From assembly GCF_023703465.1 (NCBI RefSeq), contig NZ_JAMQGP010000008.1, forward strand, positions 27,527-51,526: a stretch of DNA of 24,000 nt, in the 5' to 3' direction. The notes beneath the pieces were generated by a model. The model made no database searches. It saw nothing but the letters and a program-made list of their open reading frames with translations, and was not told where the DNA came from. The stretch is from Echinimonas agarilytica. Lineage in GTDB: Bacteria; Pseudomonadota; Gammaproteobacteria; Enterobacterales; Neiellaceae. Below are positions 1 through 8,629 of this stretch, in pieces. Each line of letters begins with the position of its first letter. Within the stretch, counting starts at the first letter, position 1. Position numbers and translations under genes: made by a program.

Positions 1-819
1 GTTCCATTGCTCACTCATGTGGCCGGTCTGAATAAAGTTTTAGCACAGAATATCGTTTCATTTCGAGAATCAAACGGCGCATTTGAAACCCGAAAAAAGC
101 TGCTAAAAGTGGCACGATTAGGGGCAAAAACCTATGAACAATGCGCCGGTTTTTTGAAAATCAGCCAAGGTAATAATCCGCTCGATACATCCTCAGTGCA
201 TCCGGAAGCTTACCCTTTGGTGAATAAAATTCTGGCAGCGAAACAATGGACCATTGACGATGTGTTGGGCAATTCCAGCAAACTAGCCACGCTCTGTGCT
301 GCCGATTATGTGGATGATCAATTTGGCATTCCCACCATTACCGACATTTTGTCGGAACTTGAAAAGCCTGGGCGCGATCCGAGACCTGAATTCAAAACGG
401 CCGAATTTAAAGATGGCGTTGAAACATTAGCCGATTTAAAGCTCAACATGGTGCTCGAAGGTGTGGTCAGTAACGTCACTAATTTTGGCGCATTTGTCGA
501 CATTGGCGTTCATCAAGACGGTCTTGTTCATATTTCCGCGTTGGCCGACGGGTTTGTTAAAGATCCAGCCGACATCGTTAAAGCCGGACAAATCGTCCGC
601 GTGAAAGTATTGGAAGTGGACATTCCGCGCAAGCGAATTGCGTTAACCATGCGCATGTCGGACGATGCGCAAGACCACGAAACCAAAAAGACTCAACCAC
701 GCGCATCTAAACCTCGAAAGTCGTCCCCGAACCGTACTCAATCGAATCAAGCAAACTCAAACAATTCAGGCTTTGGGAATGCCTTTGCAGATGCCTTTGC
801 AAAAGCAAAGAAGAACTAG
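1..819 (+). CDS. tex: Transcription accessory protein Tex/YhgF, C-terminal part (5' end off window)
   Basis: Frame 1 is open from base 1 ([12 protein letters not shown]...). An S1 RNA-binding domain is present ([29 protein letters not shown]...RIALTMR), followed by a basic low-complexity tail and stop TAG at 817-819. The neighbourhood with bioH/gntX/nfuA matches the E. coli yhgF region as I recall it. Confidence 0.9.
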   Translation, partial: VPLLTHVAGLNKVLAQNIVSFRESNGAFETRKKLLKVARLGAKTYEQCAGFLKISQGNNPLDTSSVHPEAYPLVNKILAAKQWTIDDVLGNSSKLATLCAADYVDDQFGIPTITDILSELEKPGRDPRPEFKTAEFKDGVETLADLKLNMVLEGVVSNVTNFGAFVDIGVHQDGLVHISALADGFVKDPADIVKAGQIVRVKVLEVDIPRKRIALTMRMSDDAQDHETKKTQPRASKPRKSSPNRTQSNQANSNNSGFGNAFADAFAKAKKN

Positions 820-887
820 TCACCCACCCGCGGGTTCTAGAATGAATCTGCGGGTTGTCTTGCAACAAAGGACGTTTGAATGAAGCC

Positions 888-1841
888 TTAAGCGCTCAAT
901 TGGAATGAAGATTTTGCCACGCTCGACACAGAGCTGTTGCGGTACACAGCTGAAATAACGTCATTACGTTTGGCCATTTCAGCAATTGCGCTATTCACTT
1001 GAGCTGGAGCAGAAAAACCGGCAGTCTCTTTCGACTCTAGCGCACTATTTATCGCACTTGAGGTCGTAGAATTCTCTCCAGAAAACTCCCTTGGCGCCGC
1101 ATTGGGCTGAGACGATGACGCCTCGCCAGACAACAGCTCAGCCTGAGCCTGTGCGATTTGGCGATTGGCTTCAGCAGCCACTTTTAAGTCTTGTGCAGAA
1201 GGTTCAGCCGGTGCCGTTGCAGCAGCACGAACCTGACGCATTTTAGTAATTGTTGCTTGAGGGTCGCCTTGAATGGGCGTTAAATCAATTGAAACAGTGC
1301 CTTCTACAGCATATTGACGCCCATCAGGGCCACGCTCATAGCTGTAGTTAGGTGCCCCCGCATACTGACCACCAACCGATGCATGAGCACGTTCATGCGC
1401 TTTAACTTCCAAATCACGGCTTTGCAGTTCAGCAAGCTCTACCTGCTCTCGAACGTCTTGAGCTGATTCTTCAGATGTACTTTTTGATTGCGCGCTGGCG
1501 TTTGAATCGCGCTGGCCACCATTGGGCTGCTGGTCTTGGTCACTTGCATTTTGCTGTTGAGATTCCGGATCGCCCTCAATGGCATCCACCACATCCGTGC
1601 TTTGATTTAATCGAGAACTCGAATCAGACAGAGCAGCTTCCCCACCGGCGCGTTGACGAGGCTCTTTGGTGTTTCCGCGCTGTTGCTCTTGGTCTTTCGC
1701 AATACCTGGCTCTCGCGGAAAAGGTTCCACTTGTGAAGGCTGGCGAATCACCTCTCGAACTTGGTTGTCATGCGCCAAAGCCTGAGTCTGCGGATTAACC
1801 GGACTCAATGGGACATGTGCATAATTAGAAACCAAGTTCAT
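888..1841 (-). CDS. SprA-related / 'putative metalloprotease CJM1_0395 family' protein (HExxH), function unknown
   Basis: 317-aa ORF with ATG at 1841. An HERAH motif is encoded at 1383-1397 (checked codon by codon), followed by GGQYAGAPNYSYERGPDGRQYAVEGTVSIDL. I recognise that block as the SprA-related family (PF12118). The N-terminal ~130 aa are Q/E/D/S-rich low complexity. Confidence 0.7.
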   Translation of the reverse strand: MNLVSNYAHVPLSPVNPQTQALAHDNQVREVIRQPSQVEPFPREPGIAKDQEQQRGNTKEPRQRAGGEAALSDSSSRLNQSTDVVDAIEGDPESQQQNASDQDQQPNGGQRDSNASAQSKSTSEESAQDVREQVELAELQSRDLEVKAHERAHASVGGQYAGAPNYSYERGPDGRQYAVEGTVSIDLTPIQGDPQATITKMRQVRAAATAPAEPSAQDLKVAAEANRQIAQAQAELLSGEASSSQPNAAPREFSGENSTTSSAINSALESKETAGFSAPAQVNSAIAEMAKRNDVISAVYRNSSVSSVAKSSFQLSA

Positions 1842-1853
1842 ACGATGTTCTCG

Positions 1854-2087
1854 CTAAACCGTTACATCAATTAAAGTGCCAACCATTTCATCGGCCGTTT
1901 TGATCAATTTGGCACCGGCCTGACTTTGTACTTCAGCCAATGTTAAATTCACCAATGCCTCGGTCACGGCAGAACTTTCAGCTTGCGCGGGTTCAACAAT
2001 CGAACTGGCAATTGTTTGTGCGCTTGTCGCAGCAGTAAACTGTGCTTGATTGACCGCATATAAACCTGATTGACCAATACTATTCAT
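1854..2087 (-). CDS. 77-aa microprotein with a flagellar basal-body rod C-terminal-like segment
   Basis: ATG at 2087. The stop lies 12 nt upstream of the next gene's ATG on the same strand. The C-terminus TEALVNLTLAEVQSQAGAKLIKTADEMVGTLIDVTV resembles the conserved C-terminal helix of FlgB/C/F/G/E (..EEMVNMI.AQRAYEAN.KVI.T.DEML..L). There is no signal peptide or TM segment. Confidence 0.6.
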   Translation of the reverse strand: MNSIGQSGLYAVNQAQFTAATSAQTIASSIVEPAQAESSAVTEALVNLTLAEVQSQAGAKLIKTADEMVGTLIDVTV

Positions 2088-2115
2088 GGTAAATTCTCAA
2101 ACCCTCAACTGTTCA

Positions 2116-2144
2116 ATTATCGTACAAAGTGAAGATATTTTAAA
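2116..2144 (-). promoter_or_regulatory. Candidate promoter for the microprotein/HExxH operon (sigma70-like or sigma28-like reading)
   Basis: The minus strand reads TTTAAA (2144-2139), a 17-nt spacer, then GATAAT (2121-2116). The same DNA also reads TAAAATAT-N10-TACGATAA, against the sigma28 consensus TAAAGTTT-N11-GCCGATAA (6/8 + 6/8, spacer one nt short). It ends about 29 nt upstream of the ATG. Confidence 0.35.
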
Positions 2145-2202
2145 CCCCTTTGATCTCAATTATACCGATTGAGCCTGAACCACAACTGAATAAGCCCTGA
2201 CT

Positions 2203-2979
2203 TTACTCAGTGTCAAAGCCTGTGCTCGCGTCAACGATCCAATCCACGGTATCTCCTAACTGACTGATAAAAGGCGCGTGTGAAGACGCCGCGAAGACGG
2301 TAACGGGTTGATGAGGACGATATTCTCGCAACCAAGTCGCCAGAGCTTTGGGCACGAGTCCATCTTTGCGCCCCAATAACCATGCAGCCGGGGGCTGGGA
2401 TAGCGTATCGACATTGCGATAGTCAACTTTGGCTAAAAACGAAAGTCCATCAGCTAAAGCGGATTGGGAGGGGCTTGGTTTAGATAAAACCTGCGCTCGA
2501 AGCGATTTAATATCAGATTTCAGTGTCTCGCTTCCCATGGCTTGAATCGCCAAAAATCGTTCGATGGTCTGATTCGGGTCGTGTGACAATTGCTCAGCAA
2601 ATAGAGCAAGAACTTCCGGTTTGATTCCACGCCAAGACTGCTGTGTTACGGCTTGAAAATAAGGCGACGATGCAACCAGCAGTTGTCCAATAATACGTTC
2701 TGGGTAGCACTGTGCTGCTCGTTGAACAAGTAAACCTCCCAGCGACCAACCCAGCCAAATAGCTCGCTCCGGGAGTTGCGGCAATAATTGTTCGAGCCAA
2801 GCATCGATGGAGCTTGCTGCCTCACATTCGGGTTGATCTCCAAATCCAGGTAAGTCGATCAGCGAGCAACAATACTGCTGTTGGAGCGCGTCCACTAACT
2901 CTTGAAATACCGCACTGTTCATACCCCACCCGTGCAGTAAAACTAAATTGGGCCCTGTTCCAACTCGCGAGACTGCCAT
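2203..2979 (-). CDS. bioH: Pimeloyl-[ACP] methyl ester esterase BioH (alpha/beta hydrolase)
   Basis: 258 aa. LVLLHGWGMN, IDLPGFG, the nucleophile elbow GWSLGG, ERFLAIQAMGSE and HAPFIS are collinear with E. coli BioH as I recall it. It is divergent from comF/gntX, as in E. coli. Confidence 0.9.
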   Translation of the reverse strand: MAVSRVGTGPNLVLLHGWGMNSAVFQELVDALQQQYCCSLIDLPGFGDQPECEAASSIDAWLEQLLPQLPERAIWLGWSLGGLLVQRAAQCYPERIIGQLLVASSPYFQAVTQQSWRGIKPEVLALFAEQLSHDPNQTIERFLAIQAMGSETLKSDIKSLRAQVLSKPSPSQSALADGLSFLAKVDYRNVDTLSQPPAAWLLGRKDGLVPKALATWLREYRPHQPVTVFAASSHAPFISQLGDTVDWIVDASTGFDTE

Positions 2980-3015
2980 TTCCCTTCCATACTCTTGTTA
3001 TCTAAAAACACGGAT

Positions 3016-3729
3016 ATGTTAGGGATTAATGGCATGGATGCCAAATCACGATTATCAAAGTTGCTTTATAGCGCCGTACGTCCGCAATGTTGTTTGTGCC
3101 AAATGCAGGCTCAAACTTCGCAATGGCCCATATGCCAAACCTGCTATGCGCAATTACCTTTATTTGAAACAGGCTGCTCATGCTGTGCCATGCCGCTGTC
3201 TGACCATGATTTAGTATGTGGATATTGTCAGGCCACCCCCTCGCCTATCGCGCAAACAAAAGCCCTTGGATTTTATACCCATTCGATGCGCGATTTGGTC
3301 ACTCGCTTTAAATACCACTCAGATTGGGTCGCCGGCAAAGCTCTGACTCAGTCGTGGATACATCGTTGCACCGTCAACGATAAACCCGACTGCTTGGTTC
3401 CGGTACCGATGCATCGCACCAAATTAGCCAAGCGTGGATTCAATCAAGCCACTGTCATCGCACATGAGTTGGGGCGTGCGCTTGGTATTCCAGTGGACAC
3501 TCATACTTGCACACGTGTTCAGGCTGGCCAGTCACTTACAGGGCAAACTCGAAAAGAACGGTCGCTGCAAATACAAGATTGTTACCAAATTCGCCAATCA
3601 GAGCATCAACACATAGTTTTAGTCGACGATGTGGTGACATCCCAAGCCACTAGCTTTACGCTGGCGAATCAATTCATTAAGCTAGGCGCCACTCGCGTAG
3701 ACATGTGGTGTTTAGCGCGAACACCTTAG
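3016..3729 (+). CDS. comF: ComF/GntX family competence (DNA utilisation) protein, phosphoribosyltransferase-like
   Basis: The N-terminus carries Cys clusters (CCLC...C..C / CSCC...C..C). The C-terminus carries a PRTase-like motif (HIVLVDDVVTSQAT). Its position between bioH and nfuA matches E. coli gntX(yhgH). The start is uncertain: TTG 2995, ATG 3016 or ATG 3034. Confidence 0.8.
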   Translation: MLGINGMDAKSRLSKLLYSAVRPQCCLCQMQAQTSQWPICQTCYAQLPLFETGCSCCAMPLSDHDLVCGYCQATPSPIAQTKALGFYTHSMRDLVTRFKYHSDWVAGKALTQSWIHRCTVNDKPDCLVPVPMHRTKLAKRGFNQATVIAHELGRALGIPVDTHTCTRVQAGQSLTGQTRKERSLQIQDCYQIRQSEHQHIVLVDDVVTSQATSFTLANQFIKLGATRVDMWCLARTP

Positions 3730-3808
3730 CTTTGCTTGTTTATCCAACACAGAAAGCGGTACAATAACCAAGTAAAAGCCTCAAGTATTCCGGTGACTAG
3801 GATTCGTA

Positions 3809-4387
3809 ATGATCGATATTAAACCAGACGCTCAAAGCCATTTTGTAAAACTATTGAGCAATCAGCCTGAAAACACTCGCATTCGTGTGTTTGTGATCAA
3901 CCCAGGTACGCCGAGTGCTGAATGTGGTGTTTCATACTGCCCAGAAAACGCAGTCGAAGAGAATGACACATTTTTCCCATATGAGGGATTTGAAGCCGTT
4001 GTTGATGAAGACAGTAAGCAATATCTAGAAGATGCGACCATTGACTACGTGACAGACAAGCTCGGGGCTCAGTTAACTCTAAAAGCTCCCAACGCACGTA
4101 TGCGCAAAGTAGACAGCGACGCGCCTTTAGTTGAACGTGTTGATTACTTGATTCAAAGTGAAGTGAACCCACAGCTGGCCAGCCATGGCGGCAATGTTTC
4201 GCTCATGGAAATTACAGACGAGGGAATTGCTGTGCTTCAATTTGGCGGCGGATGCAACGGGTGTTCAATGGTAGACGTAACGCTCAAGGAAGGCATTGAA
4301 AAGCAGTTGCTCGAACGCTTCCCTGATGAACTAAACGGTGTACGTGACATGACTGAACACCAACATGGCGACCATTCGTATTCGTGA
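3809..4387 (+). CDS. nfuA: Fe/S biogenesis protein NfuA
   Basis: 192 aa, near-collinear with E. coli NfuA. Matching blocks are [33 protein letters not shown] and the Nfu domain [23 protein letters not shown]. Confidence 0.95.
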   Translation: MIDIKPDAQSHFVKLLSNQPENTRIRVFVINPGTPSAECGVSYCPENAVEENDTFFPYEGFEAVVDEDSKQYLEDATIDYVTDKLGAQLTLKAPNARMRKVDSDAPLVERVDYLIQSEVNPQLASHGGNVSLMEITDEGIAVLQFGGGCNGCSMVDVTLKEGIEKQLLERFPDELNGVRDMTEHQHGDHSYS

Positions 4388-4646
4388 TATTATTCCAGTC
4401 ACACCCCCTATGCTCATTCAGCAAAAACTGAATCAAATCGCCGGCAACCCTCGTCGGCGATTTCGTTTATTTATCCTAGGTCTATGCCTGTTTGCAGCGG
4501 CTTTGAGTTTGCTTTACGCAGGCCTCAATCACAATATCTGGCTCACCCGTGTGGGTACACTTCTATTGGCTCCAGCTTTTGTACTTTGCGCCACCAGCTA
4601 TGTTGCTTTACTCATCAACCGGCTACTTAATTTTTTTCAGGACTAA
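4365..4646 (+). CDS. Hypothetical small membrane protein (two predicted TM helices)
   Basis: The ORF has two hydrophobic stretches ([19 protein letters not shown] and [22 protein letters not shown]). No clear Shine-Dalgarno precedes either ATG 4365 or ATG 4410. It overlaps the nfuA 3' end and, convergently, the dinF 3' end. I recognise no family. Confidence 0.4.
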   Translation: MATIRIRDIIPVTPPMLIQQKLNQIAGNPRRRFRLFILGLCLFAAALSLLYAGLNHNIWLTRVGTLLLAPAFVLCATSYVALLINRLLNFFQD

Positions 4647-5958
4647 TACGTTTTATTAGGCAAAAGCCCAGCGTCAAACTACGTGCTGCCAAGAAGCTCA
4701 AAAATGCGATCCATAAGGCATGATTACCCAACGACTGAGTCGCCCACCAAACCGGAAAAAACACACCAACAGATGACAAAACCATAGTATTTCGCATCGT
4801 TTTAGTCGCGGTAAGCCCAACAAAAATACCATCCAACAAAAAGCACCCGACACCCGCCAACGGCATAATAATCATGTAAATAAGGTACTCGCTCGCCACA
4901 TGTTGAACATCAGGCAAATTCGTCAACAAATTAATGAGAGGCGCTCCGCCAAAGGCAAAACCAAATGCGAAAATAATCGCCAGCGCTAAGCTCCAAAATG
5001 CATTCGCCGCAATGGATGTTTTTAATCTTTGCTGATTTCTTTCGCCAACGGATTGTCCCACCATCGCTTCAGCTGAATAGGCAACACCATCCAAACCGTA
5101 GCTAATTAACATCAAAAAATTCATAAGCACAGCGTTTGCTGCAACGGTTACGTCTCCCAGCCGGGCGGCCTGAGCAGTCATAAATGCAAGGCACATTTGC
5201 AGCGCCAATGAGCGCATTAAAATATCTCGATTCATGCTCAGCAAAGGTTTGATATTTTGCCAAGCTCCCCACTGTCTATAAAATGGGATTTGCTGCTTGA
5301 TGTCGGGCAATTGTTTGAAACACAGCCGCCCCGCAAACAACATAGCGAAAAGGTCGGCACACACTGTAGCACTCGCTGCGCCAGCAACGCCGAACCCTAG
5401 AAACACCACAAATACGACATCTAGAGTAATGTTCACCACATTTGTCAATATGACCAAACGCATCACAGCTTGGCTTTTTTGGCGACCAATGAGCCAGCCA
5501 ATAAACACCAAATTGGCCAGTGCCGCGGGCGCGCCGAAAATACGAATACTGAAATAAACTTTCGCCTGCTCGGCCACCTCAACAGATGCTTGCATCAGTT
5601 CTCGCGCCAACCACCAGATGGGCTGCCAAAACACAACAAGCATTAAACCCAAGCTGAACGCGATACCCAAGCCTTGCAACAAGATCTGAGACTGACCAAC
5701 TGCATCATTGCGACCCAATGCTTGCGCTGTCGAACCTGTCGTCGACATCCGAAGAAAGCCCGCCAGCCAGTAAATAAGCGTAACCACCATAGAGCCTACG
5801 GCGACACCGCCGAGATACACCACGCTGTCGAGGTGCCCAATGACAGCGGTATCAACTAGCCCTAATAATGGAACAGTGAGATTGGCCAACACCATGGGAA
5901 TTGCAATAGAACCAATCTGCCGATGCAACACGGCAGATCGCCAAGTCAGATTTGTCAT
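4627..5958 (-). CDS. dinF: MATE family efflux transporter, DinF type
   Basis: 443 aa, polytopic. The N-terminus LANLTVPLLGLVDTAVIGHLDSVVYLGGVAVG...LRMSTTGSTAQALG, and later LNRDILMRSL, LDGVAYSAEA and GNHALW, track E. coli DinF closely. The start ATG overlaps the sco stop (ATGA at 5955-5958). Confidence 0.85.
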   Translation of the reverse strand: MTNLTWRSAVLHRQIGSIAIPMVLANLTVPLLGLVDTAVIGHLDSVVYLGGVAVGSMVVTLIYWLAGFLRMSTTGSTAQALGRNDAVGQSQILLQGLGIAFSLGLMLVVFWQPIWWLARELMQASVEVAEQAKVYFSIRIFGAPAALANLVFIGWLIGRQKSQAVMRLVILTNVVNITLDVVFVVFLGFGVAGAASATVCADLFAMLFAGRLCFKQLPDIKQQIPFYRQWGAWQNIKPLLSMNRDILMRSLALQMCLAFMTAQAARLGDVTVAANAVLMNFLMLISYGLDGVAYSAEAMVGQSVGERNQQRLKTSIAANAFWSLALAIIFAFGFAFGGAPLINLLTNLPDVQHVASEYLIYMIIMPLAGVGCFLLDGIFVGLTATKTMRNTMVLSSVGVFFPVWWATQSLGNHALWIAFLSFLAARSLTLGFCLIKRISPEKN

Positions 5959-6644
5959 TGAACGGCCGAAAGTACGTCTTTAAAGTCTGAGACGAGTTGT
6001 TTAGAACGAATAGTCGCAAGTTGACCAGGTTCGGCATGGGGCCTGAACACCGCTTGAATATTGCCGTTAGGATTTACCAAAACTATTGAAGCAGAGTGAT
6101 CGACGGTATATGAATCCGGAGTTTCGCCGTCGTACATTGCATAGGCTAACCCTAGGTTGCGAGTTAGCGGAAATAGATCAGGATGTGGCCCTGTAGCTGC
6201 AACAAACTCAGGATTAAAATAGCCAATGTATTCATTAAGCCGTGCCGGAGTGTCACGCTCAGGGTCGGCACTCACAAATACGATTTGAACAGGTTTGTCT
6301 GATACATCTTGTAGCTTCGGGTATACGCTATTGAGCATTGCCAGTGTGGTGGGGCACACATCTGGGCAATAGGTATATCCCAAAAAGACCAATGACCAAC
6401 GCCCTTCCAATGATGTGCGATTAAACAGCGCATTGTGTTGGTCTTGAAGTACAAACGGCGCCAGCGCTTTTTCTGGCTGATACAGCAATACCTGTTCAGA
6501 CACGGCAGAGGCTGGTTGCTCGTTCAATAAGCGAGTCGAGGGCATATCCTCGGAAGATTTAGGCGACAACAACCACACATAGGTCGCAATACCTATCAGT
6601 AAAGCGAACATAGCCGCCAAAACAAGCGTCAATTGATGCTTCAA
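5955..6644 (-). CDS. SCO1/SenC family copper chaperone for cytochrome c oxidase (thioredoxin fold)
   Basis: 229 aa with an N-terminal TM anchor, the CPDVCP (CxxxC) motif and a downstream DHS histidine. It sits at the end of the cox assembly cluster. The apparent start is TTG at 6644, with AAGGGA 5 nt upstream. Confidence 0.85.
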   Translation of the reverse strand: MKHQLTLVLAAMFALLIGIATYVWLLSPKSSEDMPSTRLLNEQPASAVSEQVLLYQPEKALAPFVLQDQHNALFNRTSLEGRWSLVFLGYTYCPDVCPTTLAMLNSVYPKLQDVSDKPVQIVFVSADPERDTPARLNEYIGYFNPEFVAATGPHPDLFPLTRNLGLAYAMYDGETPDSYTVDHSASIVLVNPNGNIQAVFRPHAEPGQLATIRSKQLVSDFKDVLSAVQ

Positions 6645-6651
6645 AACAATC

Positions 6652-6668
6652 CCTTAGTGAGACTAAGG
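6652..6668 (-). promoter_or_regulatory. Hairpin between cyoE and sco that overlaps the sco Shine-Dalgarno
   Basis: The minus strand reads CCTTAGT-CTC-ACTAAGG (7-bp stem, 3-nt loop), followed by GATTGTTTTG and then the TTG start. The 3' arm contains the AAGG of the putative ribosome-binding site. Confidence 0.4.
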
Positions 6669-6684
6669 CCGAGCGAGCGTTGCA

Positions 6685-7647
6685 TTAAAATTTAGCAAAG
6701 TGGTCGGCCAACAAAACGACAAAGAGAAGCATAAGGTGAACGATCGAGAAACGAAAGGTCTTCATCGCCCAAATTTTTTCATCTCCCCATTTGAGTCGAA
6801 TTGAGTAGTACATAAATATAGCGTTGAGCACGCTACTACCAATGAGGTAAACCGTTCCAGCCATCCCCGCTATATAAGGCAACAACCCAACAGCAAACAA
6901 TAACAAAGTGTATAAAAACACGGCATTTTTAGTAAATTCTATGCCGTGCGTCACCGGTAGCATGGGAATATTGACCCGCGCATAATCATTTTTCCGGTGA
7001 ATAGCCAACGCCCAAAAGTGAGGCGGCGTCCATGTAAAAATGATCATCACTAGCAAGATTGGATAGGCGTCAATTTGGCCTGTCACCGCAGTCCAACCTA
7101 ATAGCGGCGGAATAGCACCCGCAATCCCTCCAATGACTATATTTTGAGGCGTAGCGCGCTTCAGATACATGGTGTAAATTCCTGCATAACCCACCAAACC
7201 ACAAAAAGTGAGCATCGCAGTAAGCGGATTAACCAGCCACCACAACATCGCGCTTCCAAGCGTTGCAAGTAATGTAGCAAATGCGATTGCCCTCGGCCTT
7301 GTAACTGTTCCCCGTGGTAGAGGGCGCTGATGAGTCCGCGCCATTCTTTCATCAATGCGACGGTCCACCACATGATTGACGACAGCCGCAGCTGCCGATA
7401 CAAAACCAATACCTAACATACCAAATACCGCGGGTTTCCAAGGCAGCCATCCTTGAGTCGCAAGGCACATTCCAACCAGCGCTGTTAACAAGAGTAACAT
7501 CACCACATTTGGCTTTGTCAGCTGGTAGTAGTCATTCCAGCATGCATTTCCAAGCAACCAGTGAGGTTGACTAACTGAGCGATCAGAGTGCGATTTAGGG
7601 ACGGTTTCAACCGCTTGGGATGTTTGGATTGAGGCTGACTTATCCAT
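6685..7647 (-). CDS. cyoE: Protoheme IX farnesyltransferase (heme O synthase) CyoE/CtaB
   Basis: Polytopic UbiA-superfamily protein with [21 protein letters not shown] and PPHFWALA motifs. ATG at 7647 is preceded by GGAG, and the TTG-extended ORF runs to 7662. It overlaps the ctaA stop by 8 nt. Confidence 0.9.
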   Translation of the reverse strand: MDKSASIQTSQAVETVPKSHSDRSVSQPHWLLGNACWNDYYQLTKPNVVMLLLLTALVGMCLATQGWLPWKPAVFGMLGIGFVSAAAAVVNHVVDRRIDERMARTHQRPLPRGTVTRPRAIAFATLLATLGSAMLWWLVNPLTAMLTFCGLVGYAGIYTMYLKRATPQNIVIGGIAGAIPPLLGWTAVTGQIDAYPILLVMIIFTWTPPHFWALAIHRKNDYARVNIPMLPVTHGIEFTKNAVFLYTLLLFAVGLLPYIAGMAGTVYLIGSSVLNAIFMYYSIRLKWGDEKIWAMKTFRFSIVHLMLLFVVLLADHFAKF

Positions 7648-8626
7648 ATTGAGAATCTCCAAAAATCGTCTGGGGCGCGGTACGCACCCAGAACACCACT
7701 AAACTTGCCAATAACATTAAAGCGACACCATTATGTGCAACCGCAACCGACAACGGTAAACTGGCCACAACATTGGTAATACCAAGCCCCACCTGAACGA
7801 CTATCAGCGAGAGCAGCCAACTTGCAGAGCTAAGCCAACCCTGCCGAAATAGTGAAAAAGCAGCGAGAATCACAAACAGTGTTGCCACCACAGCACCAGC
7901 TCTATGCACTATGTGAATGGTCATTCGCTCGGCATATGAATGCCGCCCATACTCGTAATTGCCATCGTCCGACTTAGGTAAACTAAAGCCACCCGCAAAG
8001 TCTAACTTCTGCTGCCAGTCGCCCTCACAAATGGGAAATTGAGTACATGCAGTAGCGGCGTAATTCGCTGATGTCCACCCGCCTAATGAAATCTGCACAA
8101 ACACCACAAATGCCGCCACAATGAGGCACCATCGCCCCTTCACTCTTGTGATGTCAGATGATTCACGAGCTTGCAACCGAGTGGCTAACACGCACAGCAG
8201 TACAAATATGCTGAATCCCCCCAAGAGATGTCCCATCACAACCAGTGGCATAAGCTTGAGCGTCACGGTCCACATCCCCAGCAAGGCCTGAAATATCACT
8301 AGAACCAACAGTGAAGAAGACAATAGTCGTATCGCTTTGGGACGCTTGAACCCCATAACCGCAATGACGGCAATGAATACGCCAAGCGCCCCTGCAAAAT
8401 AGCGGTGAATCATTTCGTTCCATGCTTTTTGCGGTTCAACTTGTCGTTCAGGAAAGGCTTGGTTTGCGCGCTCAATGGCTTGCTGAGTATCGGGCACACT
8501 GATTGTTCCATAACATCCGGGCCAATCCGGACATCCCAACCCAGCATCGGTCAGGCGGGTATAGGCTCCGAGTAGGATCACGCCCAAGGCTAATACAATT
8601 GAGAACCATACAAACGCTTTCATCAT
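7640..8626 (-). CDS. ctaA: Heme A synthase CtaA/COX15
   Basis: 328 aa with about 8 TM segments. It has a paired-Cys loop ([10 protein letters not shown]) and conserved His residues (HRY.., GHLL, HR.GA, HNG) typical of COX15/CtaA. It lies between the cox assembly genes. Confidence 0.85.
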   Translation of the reverse strand: MMKAFVWFSIVLALGVILLGAYTRLTDAGLGCPDWPGCYGTISVPDTQQAIERANQAFPERQVEPQKAWNEMIHRYFAGALGVFIAVIAVMGFKRPKAIRLLSSSLLVLVIFQALLGMWTVTLKLMPLVVMGHLLGGFSIFVLLCVLATRLQARESSDITRVKGRWCLIVAAFVVFVQISLGGWTSANYAATACTQFPICEGDWQQKLDFAGGFSLPKSDDGNYEYGRHSYAERMTIHIVHRAGAVVATLFVILAAFSLFRQGWLSSASWLLSLIVVQVGLGITNVVASLPLSVAVAHNGVALMLLASLVVFWVRTAPQTIFGDSQYG

Positions 8627-8629
8627 GCA

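Noticed and set aside
824-855. The ACCCGCGGGT palindrome, or an ACCCGC-N18-GCGGGT stem, after the tex stop as a bidirectional terminator.
   Set aside because: The palindrome leaves no loop. The alternative stem is only 6 bp with an 18-nt loop and a poor U-tract. This is not convincing without folding energies.
665-883. A 72-aa ORF overlapping the tex 3' end in another frame.
   Set aside because: It overlaps the well-supported Tex frame, its composition is basic junk, and it has no ribosome-binding site.
1475-1798. A 107-aa plus-strand ORF antisense to the HExxH gene.
   Set aside because: It is a shadow ORF of a GC-richer low-complexity region, with no start context or family resemblance.
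5955-6100. An SOS box upstream of dinF.
   Set aside because: I saw no CTGT-N8-ACAG match in the region upstream of the dinF start. The gene starts by ATGA overlap with sco.
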